Positions 29,056 to 41,550 of a DNA stretch of 64,000 nt are shown in pieces. Origin of the DNA: Eledone cirrhosa (taxonomy: Eukaryota); NCBI GenBank assembly GCA_964016885.1, contig OZ024742.1, forward strand, positions 255,316,001-255,380,000, read 5' to 3'. Position 1 is the stretch's first letter. Each line of letters begins with the position of its first letter. The notes beneath the pieces are model-generated. The model was not told the DNA's origin, ran no database searches, and worked only from the letters and a program-made list of their open reading frames with translations. The position numbers and the translations under genes were made by a program.

Positions 29056-30051
29056 TTGAATTAATTTTGAAAATAACCAAATATTTTGAGGGATTTAGTA
29101 ATATAACAAACTTTCTCATTATTAAGCTGGTGTTTGGGAACTTAAGAAAGGTTCTTACATAAAGTTATGATGCAAGGTTTTTATATAAATATAAACATTT
29201 TAAAACAAAGTTTTGCATCACAGCAACATGCGTGGTTTGGTATATAATGGGTGCTAAATAATGAATATTTTTAAATTAAATTTTGCAGCGATATGTTGTT
29301 CATGATGTTGAATCAGATTAAGTTGATGAAATATTCTAATCAAATAACCAAGTATCGGTTGCTTTCCGACAGGTTTGCAGTTGAGTCCCTAGCAGTGGAG
29401 ACTTATGGTGTCCTTGATCCTAGAGCTACCACCTTGATCCTAGGGCTACTTACCGAAATGGAATGACTCTTCCAGCGCATCGCCCTTACCATCCTCTGGG
29501 GAAATGCCTTTTCTATTCTGTCCGCTGGGGCCATGGGGTGGCCAGCATGTGGGACCTCATTTGCTCATAATACAGAAAGAAGGGGAGGGTGAGAAAGATG
29601 GAGGCGATGACAGTAGGAGTTTGGCTCTTCTGCCTTCGGACCTGGTGTGCAGCATCAGTTGACCATCTTGATGTGTTCTCTCACTCCCTATCTAAAGAGT
29701 GTGGAGAAATGCTTAAAGCATCTTTACAGTCATTCTTTACTAGAGCCACTAAACTGAAATAGATCATTATAAGAGTACACTAAATAACTAAAATGCCATC
29801 ATTATCATCATTTTATGTCCACTTTCTACACTGGCATGAGTTGGACTAGCTGTCACAGTCCTAGAAGAGATGGATAGGAGTGATTTCATCTTGCTCATTA
29901 CATTCCATATTTGACATAGCTTCTATAGCTGGATGTCCTTCCTAACACAACTACTTTACAGAATGCACCATCTCTATAACTTTACAGGATGTACTGAGTG
30001 TGTTTTGTGACATGAAAATGAAGACTTTACCGGGTGCATTATATTTTAGCA

Positions 30052-30260
30052 GGGCGGTGGATTGGCAGTAAGGGTGGTGGATTTGCAGTATTGGTAGAGG
30101 GTCGAACGCCATGCTTTGCAGCACAGTTACGTCCCTTTATGGAGTGAGTTCAAATCCCACCGAGGTTGACTTTGCCTTTCATCCTTACGGGGTCTATAAA
30201 ATAAAGTACCAGTAATACACTGGTATAATTGCTGCCTTTGTGCCAAAAGTAGAAACAATT
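30052..30260 (+). mobile_element. Family-A tRNA-derived SINE with duplicated head
   Basis: GGGCGGTGGATTGGCAGTA occurs twice in tandem (second copy imperfect), followed by the full body. Confidence 0.9.
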
Positions 30261-30344
30261 ATATTGTAGCACCAGTGCTAGAGAGTCTGTCACAAAGTAT
30301 GCATTTATTTTTTTAATTCAAACATCCATGTAAAGCTAGTAAAT

Positions 30345-30925
30345 CTTGAGAGGTATTTAATACCCTTCTGGTATGCCATGACAGACTAGGAAAAGTATCT
30401 AATACTCTTTATATATAGCTGGTATGCCATGACAGACTAGGAAAAGTATTTAATATCCTTTATATATAGCTGGTATGTCATAACAGACTAGGAACAGTAT
30501 CTAATAGGGGCGGTGGATTGGCAGTATCGGTAGAGGGTCGGACGCCATGCTTTCCAGCATAGTTACGTCCCTTTACGATCTGAGTTCAAATCCCGCCGAG
30601 GTTGACTTTGCCTTTCATCCTTACGGGGTCGATAAAATAAAGTACCAGTAATGCACTGGGTAATTGCTGGCCTTGTGCCTAAAGTAGAAACAATATCATT
30701 ATATATAGCTGGTATGTCATGACAGACTAGAAAATGTATCTAATATCCTTTATATATAGCTTGTATGCCATGACAGACTAGGAACAGTATCTAATATCCT
30801 TGGTATGTCATGGTATGTCATGACAGACTGGGAAATGTATCTAATAGCCTTTATATATAGCTTGTATGCCATACAGACTAAGAACAATATCTAATATCCT
30901 TTATATATAGCCGGTATGTCATAGC
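30345..30925 (+). repeat. ~51-bp minisatellite interrupted by a SINE
   Basis: Unit GGTATGCCATGACAGACTAGGAAAAGTATCTAATATCCTTTATATATAGCT. Confidence 0.9.
30507..30695 (+). mobile_element. Family-A tRNA-derived SINE, full length (Deu/Nin-like core)
   Basis: A-box-like TGGCAGTATCGG, B-box GAGTTCAAATCC and core GCCTTTCATCCTTACGGGGTCGATAAAATAAAGTACC. The superfamily assignment is from recall. Confidence 0.9.
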
Positions 30926-33638
30926 TATGGTAAGCTAGAGGAGATATCTAGTACACTTATAACTAAGAAGAAACAAAAACAAGAGAAAAACACAAATTAT
31001 AAAAGAAAACCAAAAGACACTGAGGGAAATGTATTCTGTTCTGTTTAACATTGCTCACTTATCCCAATAGAGGTATATGAGAATCCTATGGCATTTGAGA
31101 CTTTTGAGTGTTGTGCTGCTAACAACCAGGTTCTTGCCATTGGTGGTAGCTTGCCTTACTGACATAGTAGGAGAGGGATCTCAAACTCAAAGACTTAAAA
31201 GGGCTGTTATGCCCTGGAGAAGAAGCACAGCAGGCCAAAAGTGAGATGAAGGGGCAAGGGGCATGATTTCCACCAGTTATAATACTAATCTGCAATACAC
31301 CTGATAGGCTGCAATATATTTCATTCATCAGAATGAATAAGTATATTATAATAAGTAGAATATGTGAATTAGTACAAAATGTAGGGTGACAAATTTTCAA
31401 AATGACCAAGTTTTAGTAAAATAGTCATGAAAATTGTTCTGCAATGGCCCATAGAAAAGTAGTTTGTGGGTTGCGTATTTGAGACCCCTGTAATATCTGG
31501 AAGGGTGCTTCATTATTCCCGTGTTTTAACCTTGCTATCACCTGCAGCAATGCAGCAAATGTGTTGGTTTATCTAGAATATTATTAAAGGAAAATAACAA
31601 CACTGTTTCTTTTGGCATGTAATTGAGTATACATGTCCTCTAACTTTTTCCCATTTTTTAAATATAAATTTTATTTGATAAGTTATGTAACAAATATCAT
31701 CTTAATAATAAAATTGTAATTTTTTAAATCTCTTTAATTTCCTCATTAATTAATCAAATTACAGAATGTTTTGTTACAAATATTGTCATTAAAAGGTTAA
31801 AAGAAAGAGAAAAAAGAATGTGTATTAAAAGATATGGACAATTAAATAGGCCTGTTGTAAAATCTTTTATGGCCTCCATGAATTGAAAGATCATATTTAT
31901 GATTTGTGGTGGATCCTTGACAATATATTGCTCTTCCAGCCTTGGTATCTTTTTAAGAAGAACTTTTGTCCCTTGTGCTCTCATATTTCTATTGAAAGAC
32001 ACTGCCTATGATTTTCAAATAATAAAAAATTTGGAGGGATTTAGTAAAATAACTTCTCATTACTAAGCTGGTGTTTGGAACATAAAGGTTCTTAGATAAA
32101 ACACTTAAAATAAAGTTTTGTTTTGTAGAACCTGGAGCAGTTTGGTTTCAAATGGGATGAAAAGCAACATGAAATGGAGCATCTTGCTCAAGAATACAAC
32201 ACATTATAAAGTGTAAAAATCAAACTCTTGTCTTTATTATCATGAGTCTAACACCCTAACAATGTGGGCATACACATTAATAAAACCATAAAGCTTCTGG
32301 ATACTCACTGCAAGAATATAAAAGTGATTCGATATGACCTGTTCATAATAGAATATAATTTATTAAAAGGAATACGGCTAGTTCAAAGCCTACAAGATCA
32401 TTGTTTATTAACATTATTCAATATCTGATATGTTTTATATGTTGACAGATCTGGTTGAAATAATGGAGGATTATAATTTGATAGTTTATCTCTAGATTCT
32501 TCCTAATAATTTTTTCCACCCAGCTTTAAATCTTTTCTACCATCCATGACTGAAATCAATAGGAAGATAAAAGAATAGTGAATGAAAAGAAAATCCTGGA
32601 AAAAAACAGTCTCAATGTTGTATCAAAGACATGACGACCTCCCTAGTGGTGAGGCTACAATAAAATGCACTCGGTAGGGAATAGGAGCATTGAGATGCAG
32701 GCCCCCAGCCTTTCAAAGAGTTCAGTAGCTCCAGTTGAGTACAGACTCTGTCTGTGATAACCTATCCAACCCTTACTTAGCAGAGAAGGCAGATGTTAAA
32801 TGATGATAATAAATTTCAAAGTGCTTTTTGCTATAAAGCAAAGAACACATGAATTGTAACTATAAAATATTTGTAAATAAATCAGGGGTATAACTGTCTT
32901 TTGTCAGAAAAAAAATAGCTAATAACATAGGGGGAGGGGTGTATCATCATCATCATCGTTTAATGTCTATCTTCCATGCTAGCATGGGTCAGCATATAAA
33001 GAGAAGTATACATAAAGATACGTGTTCAATCATAGGGATAAAAACCAACAGAGTAACGTACATATAAAAATAGCAGCTCAGAACCATTCAATTTTAGAAG
33101 CTCTACTTACATACAGAAATGAAGTAGCAGCCAATATATCAAATTGAACAACGATGTTAAAAACTCACATTAATCCCCTATAATCTAATGAGCTCAAGAA
33201 ATAGATTCTGGGCTCTTTATAAATCAGCATATAGAGAGAGGTACACATAGAGATACGTGTTCAATCGTAGGGTATCAAAAACCACCAGAGTGACGAATGT
33301 ATTAACTATGGAAGGAATGGTGTATACAAATCAATTAAAAGAATATATTAAAGTGTACTAACCATCTGATTATAACTATCACACCTGCTCAAATTAGAGT
33401 ATGTTTCACTATCCATATTGTAGATGTAGCTTGTTGCGGGTGCCTAGCAATACGATCAACACTTCTAAAAAATATATCAGATAACAAAGGAAACACTAAT
33501 TTGAGATACATATATATATATATATATATGTGTGTATGTGTGTGTGTGTGTGTAAAATGTAAACAGAAATAACAACACAAGCGGTACAGTATATGGAAGG
33601 AATATATTAGTTTAATGCTTGAAATAGCAGGAAGAGGG

Positions 33639-33674
33639 TCTTAACGTTTCGGACGTTAGTCCTCCATCAGAAGA
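33639..33674 (-). ncRNA. Minimal type-I hammerhead ribozyme-like motif in a probable Penelope pLTR remnant (~33555-33720)
   Basis: Minus strand TCTT-CTGATGGA-GGAC(TAAC)GTCC-GAAACGTT-AAGA. Stem I is TCTT/AAGA, stem II is GGAC/GTCC, stem III is palindromic, and there is one core mismatch. Confidence 0.6.
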
Positions 33675-33734
33675 AAGAATGAGAAATTAGAAAGATTGAA
33701 GTGATGGGCAGGCCGGGATCAGAAGAAGCTGTTG

Positions 33735-34002
33735 TATGCGGGAGAGAAGACTGCGTTGGTATGGCCATGTGATGCACATGGAAGATGACCGCTGGGTCAA
33801 TAAGTGCGAAGAAATCCCGGTGGAAGGAAGACACAGTAGAGAAAGACCACGAAAAAAATGGGCGGAGGTGGTGGTGAGAGCTGACCTCAGATTGCTGATG
33901 CTCACAGATGACGAGGGACCGTGACGAATGGAGTGCTGAAGAGGACCCATTCCACCCTTGCAAGCAGGGAAAAGCAGACATAAAATGATGATGCTGATGA
34001 TG
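33735..34002 (+). mobile_element. RTE LINE 3' end (same subfamily as 7975-9975)
   Basis: RERRLRWYGHVMHMEDDRWV followed by the same short 3' UTR and (GAT)n tail. Confidence 0.9.
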
Positions 34003-34014
34003 TATATATATATA

Positions 34015-34788
34015 CAGTAAAAATGAAAAAAAAACACATTAGAAAATGCTAGAGGGATTTTTTCTCAGAATAACATCAAAACATTTATTTACAAAATAGG
34101 GATTTCTGTATTTAATTGTACCAGTTTCAGCTTTATATGCTTTTTCAACAACGGAAGTATATAATTGTTTCTACTTTTGGCACAAGGCCAGCAATTACCC
34201 AGTACATTACTGGTACTTTATTTTATCGACCCTGTAAGGATGAAAGGTAAAGTTAACCTTGAGGGATTTGAACTCAGTCCGTAAAGGGACTAACTGTGCT
34301 GCAAAGCATGGCGTCCGACCCTCTACTGCTACTGCCAATCCACCACGGAAGTGTATAATGCAGTTAAATTGTATATTAATAAGAATAATAAGAATATGGA
34401 GAAAGAAATTTAGTTTTTACATACATATTTAGGGAGGAAAGTTCATATTTTTGTGGTGGTAGCAGTGTAAGTTTTAAACTTCTACCACCACTGTTGGTAA
34501 GGCTAAGGTCAACACTAACAGAGAAAGAAAGAAAACTATGGACAAAAATATGAACTTGCCTCCCTAAATATGAATGTAAAAACTAAATATTTTTTGCCAT
34601 ATTCTTATTATTCTTATTAATATGCAATTTAACTGCATTATACACTTCCGTTGTTGAAAAAGCATATAAAGCTGAAACTGGTACAATTAACTGTGGAAAT
34701 CCCTATTTTGTAAATAAATGTTTTGATGTTATTCTGAGAAAAAATCCCTCTAGCATTTTCTACTGTGTTTCTTTTTCCTTTTATACTA
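34015..34788. mobile_element. Fold-back MITE with ~250-bp inverted arms (possibly Tc1/mariner-type)
   Basis: 34015-34163 plus 34346-34453 are the reverse complement of 34542-34788. The element starts TA|CAGTA. Confidence 0.85.
34164..34345 (-). mobile_element. Family-A SINE inserted in the left arm of the MITE
   Basis: Flanked by TSD CGGAAGTATATA (34152-34163) and CGGAAGTGTATA (34346-34357). Confidence 0.9.
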
Positions 34789-34833
34789 TTTTTTTTTATA
34801 TATATCATCTCGTGTGTCACTTCTGTACATTCC

Positions 34834-34865
<32 letters not shown>

Positions 34866-35090
34866 GTTTCTATATGTCTCTTGTGTTGGAAAGGAGGTCA
34901 AATATATAAAAAATCATTGAAAAATTGCTCCGAAGACTCCAAACCTCGGTTTGGAAGAAACAATTGTAAGCAAATAAATGATTTAAACAGAACTTTGATT
35001 CATGTATTTTCTATATATATATACATATATATCAAATTATAATATAGAGTTAGAAACTCACAATAAATCCTCTAGCTGAGCTCATTATGA

Positions 35091-35220
35091 ATTATAACAA
35101 TGAGAGAAGGTACATAAAATATCAGATAATAGGGGATAAAACTCTACCATAATAAATGGTAGAATTTTATCCTTTATTATCTGACATAATTTATTATGTG
35201 CCTTCTTTCATTGCTATGAT
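35091..35220. repeat. Long hairpin / MITE-like inverted repeat
   Basis: CAATGAGAGAAGGTACATAA..TCAGATAATAGGGGATAAAACTCTACCAT pairs with ATGGTAGAATTTTATCCTTTATTATCTGA..TTATGTGCCTTCTTTCATTG. Confidence 0.8.
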
Positions 35221-35225
35221 ATTTA

Positions 35226-35560
35226 TCTACAATATAAATGGCAATTTCTGTCTGTCTGTGTATCTGTGTACTGTGTATAACCAGTTGGCGCCTACATCAG
35301 TGATCCAATCCTGATGAAACTTTACACACGTTAAGCTAATATTCAGGTACAGGACTGGGTAATTGGATTTCAATAAAAGTCAATAATGGAACCCTTGGCG
35401 ACATCTTTACAATTGAGGAGGAAAGAGAATACGTTTCAGTGAGAGAGGGGGAAGAGGAAATACTACCACTGTAGGTTAAACCCTCCCTCTCACTACTCCC
35501 CTTCCTCCTCCCACAACTCAGTCCTCCAAAATGAGGCAACAACTTATTAGAAATGAGTTT
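35226..35560 (+). mobile_element. Possible 5' end of a non-autonomous Helitron-like element
   Basis: Starts TCTACAATATAAA, followed by (TCTG)n and CCAATCCTGATGAAACTTTACACA. The 3' boundary is not defined. Confidence 0.4.
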
Positions 35561-36389
35561 ATTTTGTTGATATTTCGAGGTGCCGGATTGTGGGAAGATT
35601 ATTCTTGGTATATAAACGCAAGCGTTCCCTATTGAATTTACATTAGATGAATTGTCCTTTTAAACGTAAGTAACTCCATTCATTTTCATTTAAACAAGTG
35701 TTTTTGCTTGCAACCATAACACTATTCGGCAAGCCCACATTGGATTTTCAATAAAACCCATGTGTAATGTCTTTATGTTAGAGTACTATATCTAAGCAAT
35801 TCCATTTCTTAACACTTAAACTCCAAGTTTTGAACTTACTAACTTAGCATTACACAAAGCAACCCACATGCAGTGTGCGCTTACAATTACAATGTCAGGA
35901 TGCAGAAAGCCAACAGAGTCATTAGTGATTAATGGTTTCGCTGCTTATTTTCTTAGCGACACAGCTCATCAGATGACTACTACTGTCAAGCTTCTGAGGT
36001 GCACTGAATAGTCACTTTGCGCCGTTTTTGCAGTTACCTACAGAACTAACATTTTAAATCTTTCGATTTTCCTATCGCCCAATTCACTTGTATCATGTAA
36101 AAAGTATGTAGGGTGACGATTTAGGGTAGTTCAGGAGCTTTCAACAGTCATTAACAGACAGCGTCTGCTGATAAGATTTAATGCAATGACCGACGACCTG
36201 GAAGTTGGCTCACTATGACATTGTTTAGAAGAATTAATATCAAATCGTATGTTGGCATATATGCTACCTGTATGTTAATTGTTTGCAGCTGTTTTTGAGA
36301 TGAAACTTCATTCGGGTTGTTCTCTGCAACAAAAACATAGGCGTTTACTAATGACTCACACCAATGAGAAGGTTAGCCGCCTGATTAGT

Positions 36390-36615
36390 TGTTTATGTTT
36401 TGTGAATCTATACTTTTAACACAGGGAGAGCTCAATGCTCTTACTTCTTCTGTTCCCGGCGGATTCAACAGTAAGCTGCAACTTCTTGGCGTCGGTGTCA
36501 TGAAGCAGTTCAAGCACCAGATCCGCGAACAGGCCAATAACTTTCCGATAGACACTGTCGATCAGGCGGTTAATCATTTGCATATCACCAACTGGATCTC
36601 CCTTGCATGAGCCAG
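36390..36615 (+). mobile_element. pogo/Tigger-type DDE transposase fragment
   Basis: ORF 36389-36610 VPGGFNSKLQLLGVGVMKQFK...ITNWISLA resembles the DDE_1 consensus IPGGxTSKLQPLDVGVxKPFK...W, with the catalytic D lost. Confidence 0.7.
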
Positions 36616-37479
36616 TGTCAAGACTGAAAGCATGCAGAAGACCTGGAGTGGATCTGCATGTGAAAGCCACATTTGATGTCATCATGGCATTCCAGCCATA
36701 CAACAGTGAACGTTACAAGGCCTTCTCTAGAGCTAACACTTCTCATTGTTTATCCAACTTATGGTGTTTTTCTCGAGTTATGTTTACTATAGGAGGAAAA
36801 TGGGATGGTTTTATTGAATTGCTTCAGTTATTCGAAGGGATTTACAAACGGTGATATACAGGGTGCTTGAACAGTACCTGAATATGTGGTTAGAATGTCT
36901 TAGGAAAGAATCGCTTGACAGATTTTACTGGCAAAACCAATTAGCAGGAGGCCCAGAGAGAGACCCTGAGCAAGATGGTTGGATAACATCCATGAGCTTG
37001 GCTGGTCTTGCTTGGTAATCCAGCCAGATCAGTTAGAGATGGTTACTTCTAACAGGACCCACAGAAATAAGTGGACGAAGAAGAAGAGAAAAGTCAACAA
37101 GGAAAAAACAAACAAGGGAGAACAATACAATACAATGATGATATATATAAGTTTAATGGTTGATATAGTAAGAAAAATAGTCTTAATGGTTCAGTTGATA
37201 GTCTTTCATAGGAAGAGAGAATGACAGATAAAAAAAAAGAAATAGAAAGACAGATTAGAGAAAGAAAACAGGAAAATATGCTTTTCAAGAGGAACACCTG
37301 AGTGTAGTTAGCCATTTTAGAATCACAAAAATATCATAGTTTATGGAGAATTTATAACATTTTATTAGTTTTACTGAAATTTCAAGAACTGAAAAAAAAT
37401 CTATAGACAAGAATGATTATATATATATACATAAATATATATATAGGAATGTACATCCCAACATAGCTTAGTTGTCAGC

Positions 37480-40072
37480 GACCTCACGGTCAGAACTAGA
37501 CGAACCCGGAAACAGAGGCCAACCTGGAGAAGAAAGATCTGGAAGCTGAAAGTCCCCTCAACCAGTAACAGATTTAAAGATATTTTACTCAACGCCTACG
37601 ACAGTAAAGAAGAACAGATAAAGACATTTAATGTAGAAGAGAACTGGGAGTTCCTAAAAAATAATTTACTAGAGGCGACGGATGAGGTCTGTGGCTGGAG
37701 TAAGACCTCAAGCAGGAGGAGAGTGACTTGGTGGTGAAACAATAAGGTAGATGAAGCAGTTAAGGCCAAGAGACAGGCATGGAAAGAATGGAAGAACGGG
37801 GTGAGCAGGGTACATTACATAGAGATCAAGAGGGAAGCTAGGCGACAAGTATACTTAGCTAGGAGGGAAGCAGAGGATAGAAAATTCAAGCATGTTTTGC
37901 AACGTGAGGACCAGAAACAGGAGGTATTCAAGATTGCGAGGCAGTGTGTCAGAGAGAAGTGTATCTGGAATGATAATCGTGAGCTTGCCCTCACAAGTGC
38001 TGAGAAGAAAGATGCATGGAAGAGTCATTATGATAGATTACTAAATGAGGAGAATGCATGGGAAGAAGAGACCCTACCCCAAGTAGACCCTATAGAGGGA
38101 CCAGCAGTACAAGTCAGCAGCAGCGTAGTAAGTAAGGCAATCAAAGATATGAAGATGGGGAAGGCAACCGGTCCATCGGGTATAGCTGCCGAGATGCTGA
38201 AGGCATCTGGGTCTGTAGGTCACACTATAACCACACATATTGTTAACCAGGTAATACTAGAAGGTGCCATACCAAAAGATTGGTGCAGTAGCATCATTGT
38301 CAACTGCTACAAAGGTAAAGGCGATGCACTAGATAGAGGAAACTATAGAGGTATAAAGTTGATGGACCAGGTCATGAAAGTAACAGAAAGAGTTATAGCA
38401 GTTGATTAGGGACCGGGTGAAAATAGACGAGATGCAATTTGGGTTTGTACCAGGAAGAGGCACCACTGATGCCCTCTTCCTTGTGAGGCAATTACAGGAA
38501 AAGTACCTAGCTAAAAGTAAGCCACTCTACTTGGCATTTGTCGACCTTGAGAAAGCCTTTGACAGAGTTCCACGTGCTGTAATCTGGTGGGCTCTTAGAA
38601 AACTAGGAGTAGATGAATGGCTTGTGAAAGCTGTACAAGCCATGTATAGGGGAGCAGTCAGCAAAGTTAGGATTAGCAATGAGTATAGCGAGGAATTTAG
38701 CGTACAGGTTGGGGTCCACCAGGGCTCTGTTCTTAGCCCCCTCCTGTACATCATAGTCCTACAGGCAATAACGGAGGAGTTTAAGACCGGATGCCCATGG
38801 GAACTCCTGTATGCCGATGACCTCGCACTCATAGCTGAATCTATGGTAGAACTAGAGAATAAATTCCAAACATAGAAGCAGGGACTAGAAAGAAAGGGTC
38901 TCAAAGTCAACATGACAAAGACTAAGGTCCTTGTAAGTAGACGAGAAAACAGAACCCAGATCCCCTCAGGGAAATGGCCTTGCTCAGTATGTAGGAAAGG
39001 TGTAGGTAGGAACTCCATTCTCTGCCCCAAATGCAAACAATGGGTACACAAGAGATGTAGCGGGATCTCAGGAAGCTTAAGAATGTAGGCTTCACATTTA
39101 GCAGCTGTGCTGAGACAGCAAGCAGCAAACAGCCACAGGAAACAAGTACCACCAATCTCTGGGAGGGCTCTGTAGAAACAGTAGACAGCTTCTGCTACCT
39201 AGGTGACCGAATTAGCAGCGGATGTGGGTGTTCAGAAAGTACAATAACTAGGGTAAGAACGGGATGGAAGAAGTTTAGGGAACTACTACCACTGCTAGCT
39301 GCAAAAGGCTTCTCCCTCAGAATGAAAGGCAGACTGTATGATGCGTGTATCCGAACAGCAATGTTGCATGGTAGTGAGACCTGGGCGCTGAAGGTGGAAG
39401 ACTTACGTAGATTAGAGAGAAACGAAGCCTGCATGCTCCGATGGATGTGTAACAGTAATATACGTGAACGACAAAGCATAAATGAATTGAGAGAGAGACT
39501 GGGCATAAGAGGAATCAAATGCTGTGTGCAGGAGAGGCGGTTGTGCTGGTATGGACATGTGATGCGTATGAAGGATGACAGCTGTATAAAAAGGTGCAGA
39601 GCACTAGAAGTTGATGGAAACCGCGGAGTGAGGAGACCCAACATGACCTGGGATGAGGTGATAAAAGCCGACCTTACCCAATTACACCTCTCGAAGGCAA
39701 TGACACACGACCGTGACTCCTGGCGTCACGCAGTAATACAGAGTACTCGACCTCCCATGGGTACAAGCTGAAGCATATAGACAATATGCCCCCACATCCC
39801 CCACCGCAAGGTGGTCGTGGAGGTGCCCTCGGCAAAAAAGCACACAGCCCACACTGTAAAGTGGACGTGTAGGCGCCACGAAAAAGCACCCAGCACTCAC
39901 TGTAAATGAGGTTGGTGTTAGGAAGGGCATCCAACTGTAGAAATCAAGCCAAATCAGTTCCTGTATGAGCAAGGCATGGTCAGCCGCCCAGACACTGCCC
40001 ACAACAGGACAACCCGTCTAACCCATGCTAGCGTGGAAGAACGGACGTAAAACGGTGATGATGTGATGATGG
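37480..40072 (+). mobile_element. RTE-clade LINE, 5'-truncated, with RT and long 3' UTR
   Basis: ORFs 37801-38409, 38402-38875 (FVDLEKAFDRV, GVHQGSVLSPLL, LLYADD) and 39322-39771. Frameshifts, a TAG at 38873 and a (GAT)n tail. Confidence 0.95.
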
Positions 40073-40560
40073 TGACCTATTATAAATTTGCATCTGCACC
40101 AAAAGTAAAGGTGTAAAAGCCAAACTTGCTATCTTCAATTCAGCATTCGTGGCAACCCTTACTTATGGTAGTGGATCTTGGGTAATGACGGAAAGAATAT
40201 GATCCCAACTACAAGCAGCCAAAATGAGGTTCCTTTGAAGAGTATTTGGAGTAGCGTTACTCGATAGAGTGCATAGCATGGAGATCAAGGACTCATTCCA
40301 TATAGAGCCACTACTTCTTCACATTGATAGATCACAACTCTGAAACTATTGTCAGAACGTCTCAGGCAAGAATTACTGAACAGATTTTATGGACAAAACC
40401 AAATGGCAGGAAACCCAAGCAAGATGGTTGGATATTATCCATAAACTCAGCTGGTCTTGCATGGAGATTCAGCTACATCAATTGGAGACGCTTATGACAA
40501 GATCTGCTTGAAGGCTCTGCTCCTACGACCCTCCCAGGAATAAGTGAGAAAAGACAAAGA
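40073..40560 (+). mobile_element. Fragment of a second, older RTE-like LINE family (related piece ~36830-37090)
   Basis: KAKLAIFNSAFVATLTYGSGSWVMTERI..QLQAAKMRFL C-terminal motif. The segment GCAAGATGGTTGGATA..ATCCAT..CT..GCTGGTCTTGC is shared with 36970. Confidence 0.65.
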
Positions 40561-40889
40561 AGTATCTGTTCAAAAAGTACAGGCTTTTTTACTGAAGCTG
40601 CAAGAAATGTGTATGTAAACAAATAAAAAATAAATATTTAAGCAATATAACTATGTCTCATTTACATGTTTGTCTGTAAATTGAAAAAGACAAACACCCT
40701 GATTTGAGTTTCAATCTTTGTTGAGTCATCCTCAGAAACTGCCATCATCTTTCACACTTCATGGAGAAATATGCAGCTAATGCTGATATATACCCATCAG
40801 ATATGACAGAATTAGAAAACTGGACCTCCTAATTTGCATGATTATTGTGCTTTGGTTACTAGTTAAATCAATTATATATTAAATTGCAT

Positions 40890-41200
40890 GAAGGTGCATG
40901 GCTTTGGGATTAGGGTATTCAGCTCATGAGTTTGATTACAGGTGGTATGTGGTGTCCTTGAACACAATATTTTATTTCATGTGGCTCCAGTCTACTCAGC
41001 TGGTAAAAATGAATTGTACCTGCAATTCAAAGGGCTGCTGTGTCACATTCTGTGTCATGCTGAATCTCCCTGAGAACTATGTTATGGGTACGTGTATCTG
41101 TGAAATGCTCAGCGACTTGCTTGTTAATTTCATGAGCAGGCTGGTCCATTGATCGGATTGACGGGAATACTCATGTTCATAACCAACGGATTGCCAGTTT
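40890..41200 (+). mobile_element. tRNA-derived SINE family B (other copies ~24730-25030 +, 27770-28000 -, 60505-60760 +, 63690-63822 -)
   Basis: tRNA-like head followed by GTGTCCTTGA.CA....TTTATTTCA..T.GCTCCAGT..ACTCAGCTG and CTGAATCTCCCTGAGAAC. Confidence 0.7.
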
Positions 41201-41550
41201 ATACTAGACTGTGTACTAAACAGCTCAAGGATATTATCTTTACAAACATGATTATATATACAAGCGGGACACGTGGAAATTCCACAGAATGAAAAAATAA
41301 GAGGAGCTATTTAAGAAAGAAAGAATGATTTGTATTTTTATTACATATAAATCTTATTGTTGCCTGTGCGATAAATTATACAAAAATGTACATTAACAAT
41401 CGATACAATACTTAATATACATATCATTCATTAGTTTTAATTCTATAGAAACTGCAGCATCAATATATAATTGCATATTTCTTATTACACAATATTTTAT
41501 CATAAGTACTTTACATTATATACAATTAATTTACACTAAACGATATAGAG

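Noticed and set aside
36445-36623. Apparent minus-strand exon (TTTCAG...GTAAGA, open frame LDTGSCKGDP...)
   Set aside because: The plus strand of the same bases encodes a pogo-type DDE transposase motif, and no partner exons were found, so it is probably an antisense shadow.
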